From Tubiluchus corallicola (Eukaryota > Animalia > Priapulida), in contig JAQGDQ010001411.1 in assembly GCA_030141605.1 (NCBI GenBank), positions 1 to 20,994 of the forward strand: 20,994 nucleotides of DNA. Direction: 5' to 3'. Each line of letters starts with the position of its first letter. Positions within the stretch are counted from its first letter, which is position 1. Positions 1 to 9,280 of the stretch are shown here, in pieces. The notes below the pieces were generated by a model. That model was not told the origin of the DNA. It was given only the letters and a program-made list of their open reading frames with translations, and made no database searches. A program made the translations under genes and the position numbers.

Positions 1-1094
1 GAAATAACTGACATACTACCACCTTTTTCATTCGTTTCTTTGTTCAATTTTTTCACTCGTTATTCACTTGCACCTACATTCTTACACAATACACACTGTG
101 ATATATAAATCAATACATGATGCGGTGTACTGGATGAAATAACTGACATACTACCACCTTTTTCATTCGTTTCTTTGTTCAATTTTTTCAATCATTATTC
201 ACTTGCACCTACATTTTTACACAATACACACTGTGACATATAAATCAATACATGATGCGGTGTACTGGATGAAATAACTGACATACTACCACCTTTTTCA
301 TTCGTTTCTTTGTTCAATTTTTTTCACTCATTGTTCACTTCCACCTACATTCTTACACAATATACACTGTGATATACAAATCAATACACGATGCGGTGTA
401 CTGGATGAAATAACTGACATACTACCACCTTTTTCATTCGTTTCTTTGTTCAATTTTTTTCACTCATTGTTCACTTCCACCTACATTCTTACACAATATA
501 CACTGTGATATACAAATCAATACACGATGCGGTGTACTGGATGAAATAACTGACATACTACCACCTTTTTCATTCGTTTCTTTGTTCAATTTTTTCACTC
601 GTTATTCACTTGCACCTACATTCTTACACAATACACACTGTGATATACAAATCAATACACGATGCGGTGTACTGGATGAAATAACTGACATACTACCACC
701 TTTTTCATTCGTTTCTTTGTTCAATTTTTTTCACTCGTTATTCACTTGCACCTACATTCTTACACAATACACACTGTGATATACAAATCAATACATGATG
801 CGGTGTACTGGATGAAATAACTGACATACTACCACCTTTTTCATTCGTTTCTTTGTTCAATTTTTTTCACTCATTGTTCACTTCCACCTACATTCTTACA
901 CAATATACACTGTGATATACAAATCAATACACGATGCGGTGTACTGGATGAAATAACTGACATACTACCACCTTTTTCATTCGTTTCTTTGTTCAATTTT
1001 TTCACTCGTTATTCACTTGCACCTACATTCTTACACAATACACACAGTGATATACAAATCAATACACGATGCGGTTTACTGGATAAAATAACTG
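1..1094. repeat. Tandem array, 135-136 bp unit, 8 copies visible (runs off the window start)
   Basis: GAAATAACTGACATACTACC recurs at 1, 136, 271, 407, 543, 678, 814 and 950; a variant AAAATAACTG at 1085 leads into unique sequence. The length difference is one T in a poly-T run. Confidence 0.97.
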
Positions 1095-1720
1095 CCATTC
1101 TGCGATTTCCTTGAACAGAATTTCAGTTAATTTGAGCTGTAAAAGCGAGTAATTTCACCTTCATCTAACGACGATGATTTTACTGCCTTCTCTAAATTGT
1201 CTCCTCCATTTGCTCAGCAGTTAGAGGAGTTCTTTTCTCGTCAGTTTCCGGTTCAATAACTTCTCTTTCTGTCGTACAAATTAAGAGACGGCAACAAATT
1301 CTCATCAGTGGATTTGCACACGAAGTTTGACTTGTTATTGACGAAGCCAGACGAAAGGTTCGTTTATTTGTTTGAACTTGGCTTCAGGCGAAGTTAGATT
1401 GTTTGATTTGTGTAACAAAAATTGAGTCAGTTTAACGTCTTACAAGCGCTACAGGGTTTCCGTTGATTTCTACTCGCAGCAGGGGTCGTGGTTAAAGGAA
1501 AACAGTACCATAATTTTTATCGTGATTTAAAATGATCTAAAGTGAAGATGATATGAAAAAAGTTGTTTTAAAATTGAATTATGTTCAAGGAAACTTACAA
1601 GTTATTACAATTAAGGCTGGTTAATATCGTTAGCGTTTCGTATACTCATACTGGAATTAGATGGGGGGGGGGGTTTACCCTGAAACGTATTATGCTGTAA
1701 TGGCTGACTAGTGAAGTCGT

Positions 1721-1890
1721 ACAGCATGTTCAGACTACAGACTAAGACCTGCTGTGAGTTACTCTGTGACAGTAAACACGAGCTGACACTCACTTCTCTG
1801 TTTACTGTAAGTAACTCACAAGCATGTTCAGACTAGAGAACAAAATTTGCTGTGAGTTACTCTCTGACAGTAAGCACGAGCTAACACTCA
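1721..1890. repeat. Diverged ~70-bp direct repeat pair with a partial inverted copy between them
   Basis: AGCATGTTCAGACTA...TGCTGTGAGTTACTCT.TGACAGTAA.CACGAGCT.ACACTCA at ~1723-1792 and ~1821-1890. The intervening TGTTTACTGTAAGTAACTCACA (~1799-1820) resembles the reverse complement of the core. Confidence 0.8.
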
Positions 1891-2134
1891 TGTGATTATT
1901 TTTTCAAACTTTACGCAATGTTATCTAAACTTGTTTCAAATTACCTACCATCAAAATGGCTGCGTCTAACAGTCATCGCTGGAGTTTAAATTTACATGTT
2001 TTATACAGCGTTACTGCCGAGCCAAGCTCTGAATGCAAAAAGGCAGTAAGTGGTGTAAAAGTTCAACAGAATTTTTTAAGGTTTAAGGTTTTAAGCAAAG
2101 GGTTTTCTTGTGCTTTAAGATTTCGGTAATTATT

Positions 2135-2773
2135 GTAAGTAAAAAATGTGCATGTAAAAATTTAATGGTAGCTTAAAATAAATTATAATTCGTAGTGTAA
2201 ATAAATTAACTGTTAATTTATTCAAAATGGCGTCGCAACTAAATTACGAAAACAATTCCACCATGTTTAATGACAAAATATCTCGTAAGTAAAAGTAAGT
2301 AAAAAAAATGTGCATGTAAAAATTTAATGGTAGCTTAAAATAAATTATAATTCGTAGTGTAAATAAATTAACTGTTAATTTATTCAAAATGGCGTCGCAA
2401 CTAAATTACGAAAACAATTCCACCATGTTTAATGACAAAATATCTCGTAAGTAAAAGTAAGTAAAAAAAATGTGCATGTAAAAATTTAATGGTAGCTTAA
2501 AATAAATTATAATTCGTAGTGTAAATAAATTAACTGTTAATTTATTCAAAATGGCGTCGCAACTAAATTACGAAAACAATTCCACCATGTTTAATGACAA
2601 AATATCTCGTAAGTAAAAGTAAGTAAAAAAAATGTGCATGTAGAAAATTTAATGGTAGCTCAAAATCAATTATAATTCGTAGTGTAAATAAATTAACTGT
2701 TAATTTATTCAAAATGGCGTCGCAACTAAATTACGAAAACAATTCCACCATGTTTAATGACAAAATATCTCGT
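2135..2773. repeat. Tandem array, 162-163 bp unit, ~4 copies
   Basis: CAAAATGGCGTCGCAAC at 2223, 2385, 2547 and 2710; copies are nearly identical. Confidence 0.97.
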
Positions 2774-3379
2774 TAAACAAGTTAGTAAATATCGCAAACA
2801 TGGCGCTGCCTATTTCTCTGCTAATTTTCAAAATTTATTTGCACATTAAGCCGTAAAATCCATAATTACATTGAGAATAATAATACTCATAATCCAGGCT
2901 CATGCAAGATGGATTACAACGAGTCTATCGACCACCCTGGGCTCCCCACTAATTTGTATTAATGCATTTCACTACCGTTACTGATGTATTTGGTTAAAGT
3001 AAGGCTTACGATGCATTAGCAAAGTACATTATGGTTTCAGTACACAGTGGGGCTTCCCGGTCAATATTTGATGATGGGACCAAACTGGCTTCATTTCTGG
3101 AGGGAGTTATTCAGCCCCCTGGTGAGACGAAATTGAAATAGCGCGGCGCTCGTAATTAGGGGCTTGTTAAGTTCAAGGTTTGCGAGTTAAAGGAAAAGAA
3201 TCACCAACCCTCGAACATTTATTTCATCTTATTTTATTGCATTTTAATATACAATTAAAAATATTGACATCACCACACAAGATACGCGTATAGGATGTTT
3301 TGCTTAAAAATGTAAAAGAAATTTAAATATTTTTTATCTCCCGCCAAACGAACGTTGATGCTTGTATATTTGGAAAAAA

Positions 3380-4946
3380 ATGACGTAAGCTGGTGTCTGC
3401 TGGGCAGCGTGAATGCTGTGAAGGCAAGCTGTGATGACGTAAGCTGGTGTCTGCTGGGCAGTGTGAATGCAGTGAAGGCAAGCTGTGATGACGTAAGCTG
3501 GTGTCTGCTGGGCAGCGTGAATGCAGTGAAGTCAAGCTGTGATGACGTAAGCTGGTGTCTGCTGGGCAGCGTGAATGCAGTGAAGTCAAGCTGTGATGAT
3601 GTAAGCTGGTGTCTGCTGGGCAGCGTGAATGCAGTGAAGTCAAGCTGTGATGACGTAAGCTGGTGTCTGCTGGGCAGTTTGAATGCAGTGAAGTCAAGCT
3701 GTGATGACGTAAGCTGGTATCTGCTGGGCAGTTTGAATGCAGTGAAGGCAAGCTGTGATGACGTAAGCTGGTGTCTGCTGGGCAGCTTGAATGCAGTGAA
3801 GGCAAGCTGTGATGACGTAAGCTGGTGTCTGCTGGGCAGCGTGAATGCAGTGAAGGCAAGCTGTGATGACGTAAGCTGGTGTCTGCTGGGCAGCGTGAAT
3901 GCAGTGAAGGCAAGCTGTGATGACGTAAGCTGGTGTCTGTTGGGCAGCGTGAATGCAGTGAAGGCAAGCTGTGATGACGTAAGCTGGTGTCTGCTGGGCA
4001 GTTTGAATGCAGTGAAGTCAAGCTGTGATGACGTAAGCTGGTATCTGCTGGGCAGTTTGAATGCAGTGAAGGCAAGCTGTGATGACGTAAGCTGGTGTCT
4101 GCTGGGCAGCGTGAATGCAGTGAAGGCAAGCTGTGATGACGTAAGCTGGTGTCTGCTGGGCAGCGTGAATGCAGTGAAGGCAAGCTGTGATGATGTAAGC
4201 TGGTGTCTGCTGGGCAGCGTGAATGCAGTGAAGGCAAGCTGTGATGACGTAAGCTGGTGTCTGCTGGGCAGCGTGAATGCAGTGAAGGCAAGCTGTGATG
4301 ACGTAAGCTGGTGTCTGCTGGGCAGCGTGGATGCAGTGAAGGCAAGCTGTGATGACGTAAGCTGGTGTCTGCTGGGCAGCGTGAATGCAGTGAAGGTAAG
4401 CTGTGATGACGTAAGCTGGTGTCTGCTGGGCAGCGTGAATGCAGTGAAGGCAAGCTGTGATGACGTAAGCTGGTGTCTGCTTGGCAGCGTGAATGCAGTG
4501 AAGGCAAGCTGTGATGACGTAAGCTGGTGTCTGCTTGGCAGCGTGAATGCAGTGAAGGCAAGCTGTGATGACGTAAGCTGGTGTCTGCTGGGCAGCGTGA
4601 ATGCAGTGAAGGCAAGCTGTGATGACGTAAGCTGGTGTCTGCTTGGCAGCGTGAATGCAGTGAAGGCAAGCTGTGATGACGTAAGCTGGTGTCTGCTGGG
4701 CAGTGTGAATGCAGTGAAGGCAAGCTGTGATGACGTAAGCTGGTGTCTGCTGGGCAGCGTGAATGCAGTGAAGGCAAGCTGTGATGACGTAAGCTGGTGT
4801 CTGCTGGGCAGCGTGAATGCAGTGAAGGCAAGCTGTGACGTAAGCTGGTGTCTGCTGGGCAGAGTGAATGCAGTGAAGGCAAGCTGTGATGACGTAAGCT
4901 GGTGTCTGCTGGGCAGCGTGAATGCAGTGAAGGCAAGCTGTGATGA
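3380..4946. repeat. Minisatellite, 54-bp unit, 29 copies
   Basis: Unit GATGACGTAAGCTGGTGTCTGCTGGGCAGCGTGAATGCAGTGAAGGCAAGCTGT; one copy near 4837 lacks 3 bp. It produces the three long repetitive ORFs in the track. Confidence 0.98.
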
Positions 4947-5681
4947 AGGTACGCGTTAAGAAATTTCTACAGTTCACTCAGAAGTTCAGTTACTCTAACG
5001 TTGTATTTAACTGTGTTTACGTAAAAATTAGTCATTTGATCAATTATGACCAAGATTAAAGCTGTTTAATCTACGTGAGTTTAATCTGCAGAGTTTTAAT
5101 CAAAGGTGTAAGTAATGTGTATGTAATTAACATTAATTATGTTAATTACCTTAAAATGTGTAAGTAATTAACATTAATTATGTAATTTGCAGATTTTTGT
5201 TGACTTTTAGATACGCATGTAAACTTAAAATTTGTTGACGAAACGATTTAGCTCAATTGCCAACTTTAGTCGGACGTGTGCCCGTAAATTCACCGACTGC
5301 AATCGTCTGTGTGTCAATTTACTTGAACTAAAACATGCGGTCAATATTAGTGTAATCGGCAGTGACAATGTCCCGGAATTTAATTCAACATTGAGAGGAT
5401 TACCCGTCTTTCCCAGTGCTTGATTAACTTCATTCGTTGACTTCCAATGTGACCTGCATGAAATTGAGGATTTCAAAACTGGCTTCACAAATCCTATCCT
5501 ATCCACTGCGCATGCGCTGTAGTTGCCTAGCTTTTCTCTGCTGTAGAGTTGTTGTTGATAATGATTTTGTGGCGTTCCAGCGGTAATTAACAATCAAGTG
5601 GAAGATTTTCGTGTTTAATTATTTCCCTCTCTTGAGTTGATTAACGTGCTGTAGCTCTAGTACTGATGCCAATACGAACTC

Positions 5682-5802
5682 ACCATCATCGTCGTCGTCA
5701 TCGTCGTCGTCATCATGATCGTCGTCATCATCATCATTATCACCATCACCATCATCATCGTCATCATCATCACCATCATCATTTGCTCTACCACAACTAT
5801 CA

Positions 5803-5837
<35 letters not shown>

Positions 5838-5988
5838 ATCATCATCATTTGCTCTACCACAACTATCATCATCATTTGTTCTATCACTACCATCATCATC
5901 ATCATTGTCGTCGTCATCATCATCATCGTCATCATCATCACCATCATCATCATCATCACCATCATCATTTGCTCTACCACAACTATCA

Positions 5989-6023
<35 letters not shown>

Positions 6024-6360
6024 ATCATCATCATCACCATCATCATTTGCTCTACCACAACTATCATCATCATTATCATCATCATCATTTGTTCTATCAC
6101 TACCATCATCATCATCATTGTCGTCGTCATCATCATCATCATCGTCATCATCATCACCATCACCATCATCATCATCACCATCATCATTTGCTCTACCACA
6201 ACTATCATCATCGTCGTCATCATCGTCGTCGTCGTCGTCGTCATCATCATCACCATCATCATTTGCTCTACCACAACTATCATCATCATCATCATTTGTT
6301 CTATCACTACCATCATCATCATCATTGTCGTCGTCATCATCGTCATCGTCATTATCATCT
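5682..6360. repeat. (CAT/CGT/CAC)n trinucleotide tract with ~210-bp higher-order structure
   Basis: Motif A TTGCTCTACCACAACTAT at 5783, 5849, 5969, 6047, 6188, 6263. Motif B TTGTTCTATCACTAC at 5876, 6089, 6296. Confidence 0.95.
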
Positions 6361-6510
6361 CCATTATCAATGCTATCTCCGTTTTATTTTATTTTTCGTT
6401 GTTATTCTCATCTTCGCTACCAGTGCCGCAGTCATCAACATAACATATATTATTATAAACTTCGTCATTGTCTTGATCATGTTACGATACTCATGGTCAT
6501 CATTATCATT

Positions 6511-6865
6511 ATTGTTGTTATCGTCATTATCATCGTCACTACCATCGTCGCATTCTTATCAACTTCTTTCATTATTATTACTGTCACTCTAACATTATAG
6601 CTGTCGTCATCATCGTCGCCATTTCTTTTTTCACCAGTTCAAAACCGGAGCTTTCAGCATCACAATCACTTCTTTAATTGTTGTTATCGTCATCATCATC
6701 ATCGTCACTGTCATCGTCGCATTCTTATCTACTTCTTTCGTTATTATTACTGTCACTCCAACATTATAGCTGTCGTCATCGTCATCGTCACTGTCATCGT
6801 CGCATTCTTATCTACTTCTTTCATTATTATTACTGTCACTCCAACATTATAGCTGTCGTCATCAT
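6511..6865. repeat. Three copies of an ~85-100 bp CAT/TAT-rich unit
   Basis: CATCGTCGCATTCTTATC.ACTTCTTTC.TTATTATTACTGTCACTC.AACATTATAGCTGTCGTCATC at ~6543, ~6712 and ~6795. Confidence 0.9.
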
Positions 6866-7148
6866 GAACATCATCGCCAGTCTCTTTCATCTCAATCTTC
6901 TTCTGACTTGATGATGAATTTCACCATGCAGCCTCTTCTGCCTATGTACACAGCACACAGGTTAACAATTTATAATGGGTCTGTATTAGCAAATCAAACA
7001 AAGGTTATTTACCATGGAGAGCTGTGAGATCTGCCGCCATGAGTGGAAAACACTTCACTGTTAATATCCATATGGCAGTCAGAGTCAATGAACAGCTTGT
7101 GGCTGTGTCAGAAATCCCTGCTAAAAGTAAGAATTAAAACCTTTTGGA

Positions 7149-7582
7149 AACAATACTTCTGGAATGTCTTTCTGGAATTTCGGGTCACTCAATGCAAGCA
7201 TGGGTTCAAGACTCTACTTCTGACATCCTAGAGACCAATAACAATACTTCTGGAATGTCTTTCTGGAATTTCCGGTACGTCAATGCAAGCATGGGTCCAA
7301 GACGCTACTTCTGACATCCTAGAAGCCAATAACAGTACTTCTGGAATGTCTTTCTGGAATTGCGGTCCGTCAATACAAGCATAAGCTCACCACTACTTCT
7401 GACATCATAGAGACCAATAACAATACTTCTGGAATGTCTTTCTGGAATTTCGGGATGTCAATATAAGCATGGGTCCAAGACGCTACTTCTGACATCCTAG
7501 AAACCAATAACAATACTTCTGGAATGTCTTTCTGGAATTTCCGGTCAGCCAATGCAAGCATAAACCATCAATAATACTTCTG
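7149..7582. repeat. Diverged tandem array, 88-91 bp unit, ~4.7 copies
   Basis: AACA(A/G)TACTTCTGGAATGTCTTTCTGGAATT at 7149, 7240, 7331, 7419 and 7509. Confidence 0.93.
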
Positions 7583-7634
7583 TAGAAACAACTGCAACTA
7601 TTACTGATACAGTAGAAGCAACGATGATGGTGGT

Positions 7635-7669
7635 AACAACAACAACAACAGCAGCAGCAGCAGCAGCAG
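7635..7669. repeat. (CAA)n(CAG)n microsatellite
   Basis: Direct reading. Confidence 0.9.
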
Positions 7670-7948
7670 TAACACCAACTAAATGGCTACTAATAATTAA
7701 GCATCACAAGCAAAATAAATAGGTGCCTGTGACCTGCATATGTTTTTAAACTTCGTTTACATTTCACTTTCACAGAGTTTTTCTAGTAGCTTGTTTATTT
7801 TGTTGTCTATCTCACAATTATCTCTGCCAGGCTGTTTATCTCGTGCAAACTCACCATTATCTCTGCCAGGCGTGAGCAAAATCTCAAGTCTTTCTAATTC
7901 ATCTTGTTCCTAATGGCACTGGCTACGCGCGTAGCACCAGCAAACAAC

Positions 7949-8032
7949 TCCACGTGTCAGCGGGGTCCTCATCGATTAAATCACGGGTTTCCACGTGTCA
8001 GCGGGGTCCTCATCGATTAAATCACGGGTTTC
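7949..8032. repeat. Exact 41-bp tandem duplication
   Basis: TCCACGTGTCAGCGGGGTCCTCATCGATTAAATCACGGGTT at 7949 and 7990; unrelated in sequence to the 41-bp satellite at 16.9 kb. Confidence 0.95.
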
Positions 8033-8157
8033 CCTATATGGCTAAACGTTGTAATTTGTTTGTTGGTGATATGCACGCCATGAACACGCGGTAGCGACAC
8101 GTTAATTTTCCTCCCAAGATGCCTGCAATAATTGTGCGAGTTAAGTTAATCGATTAT

Positions 8158-8287
8158 AAGGAAAGTGATGTTGCAACGATTTGTGAACTGTAAGTAGGCC
8201 ATGTATTAGGCCTGCCCACAAGGAAACATGTTGCAACGATTTGTGAACTGTAAGTAGGCCATATATTAGGCCTGCCCACAAGGAAAG
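8158..8287. repeat. ~60-bp tandem duplication bounded by AAGGAAA
   Basis: ATGTTGCAACGATTTGTGAACTGTAAGTAGGCCAT(G/A)TATTAGGCCTGCCCACAAGGAAA at 8168 and 8228. Confidence 0.95.
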
Positions 8288-8379
8288 ACTGTATCGTCCA
8301 ATCTTTACGAAGGTGATTAGTGACCTGGTAGACTTTTACTTCCGTACCAGTGTCACAGTATCTTCGGTCTAGTAAGTCC

Positions 8380-8859
8380 AATAACAACGCCAACAGCAAC
8401 AACACCATCACTAGCAACAATAACAACAATAGCAGCAACAACAACAACAACAACAGCAGCAGCAGCAATAGCAAAAACAACAACAAAAGAGCTGCAAAAG
8501 CAACTACAACAACGACGACGACAACAACAACAAGAAGCAATAATGACAGCAGCAGCAACATCTGCAGTAGGAAAAGAGGCAGCAGCAGCAACAAGAACAA
8601 CAAAATATCAACAACAAGAACAAGAACAACAACAGCAGCAGCAATAGCAAAAACAACAACAAAAGAGCTGCAACTGCAACAACGACAGCAATAACGACAG
8701 CAGAAGCAACATTTGCAGTAGGAATAGAAGCAGCAGCAGCAGCAACCAGAACAACAAAATCATCATCAATAACAACAACAACACAATGATGGCAACTACA
8801 CCAACAGTGACAGCAGCAGCAGCAACAACAACAACAACAACAGCAGCAGCATCAACAGC
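8380..8859. repeat. Degenerate (CAA/CAG)n tract with internal block duplication
   Basis: CAACAACAAAAGAGCTGCAA and GCAACAT.TGCAGTAGGAA.AGA.GCAGCAGCAGC each occur twice, in the same order. Confidence 0.9.
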
Positions 8860-9032
8860 CTAGTCTAATGATAAAATCACAAATGTACGGCCACAGCAAG
8901 GCAGAGTTAAGTTTAAGAAAAAAGGTGTCAGGTGTTTCATTATGTTCCATCTCACGTAGTAAGATTTTATTGAACTAAGGGAGTTCAGGGAAAAGGCGAC
9001 TACGTCTTTTGTCAGTGGAGAAAATCCGCAAA

Positions 9033-9120
9033 CCAATAACTTACGCCCGCCTCGTTTCATTATTCGCCAATCTATTTCTGATTGGAGGTATATAATAGCC
9101 TAAATCGTTACCATGGCAAC
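9033..9120. promoter_or_regulatory. Promoter-like motif cluster: CCAAT boxes, GC box, TATA, RFX X-box
   Basis: CCAAT at 9033 and 9067, ATTGG at 9081, CGCCCGCC at 9044, TATATAA at 9089, GTTACCATGGCAAC at 9107-9120 (matches the RFX consensus GTTNCCATGGNAAC). No linked gene is visible. Confidence 0.4.
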
Positions 9121-9280
9121 GCAGTATTCACCTAATTAGTGGGTTTTCTAAGTGCGTGGAGTGAGCAGCCCAGAATGATGCATATAATCTCCATTGTGCA
9201 TAATATGCAACCATGACTATGCAGCATGATCAATAGTTATGATTGAGTTTGTTAAAGGTGGTCCAATATGCCAATTGCTT

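Noticed and set aside
1494-1542. AAAGGAAAACAGTA plus TGATCTAAAG shared with 20905-20934 as element termini
   Set aside because: Same orientation, short, AT-rich and differently spaced; no inverted partner or TSD found.
3080-3200. Viral SF3 helicase remnant (WRELFSPLVRRN*NSAALVIRGLLSSRFAS)
   Set aside because: Lacks the Walker A GxxxxGK[ST]; the resemblance is superficial.
3380-4946. C/D snoRNA or hammerhead ribozyme array (GTGATGA in each unit)
   Set aside because: The unit has no D box (CTGA) and no CTGATGA...GAAA core with stems.
1-4946. Unit lengths 135, 162 and 54 are all multiples of 27
   Set aside because: The arrays share no sequence or 27-bp sub-period, and units vary (136, 163); treated as coincidence.
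5225-5593. 122-aa minus ORF and overlapping plus ORF as a CDS
   Set aside because: Non-ATG starts, no recognisable domain and ambiguous strand; kept only as part of the speculative relic.
5657-6911. Poly-His, poly-Ser, poly-Ile and poly-Met ORFs as genes
   Set aside because: Overlapping frames on both strands are what (CAT)n gives; there is no independent coding evidence.
8154-8694. Poly-Leu and poly-Asn/Thr ORFs
   Set aside because: Translations of the CAA/CAG tract.
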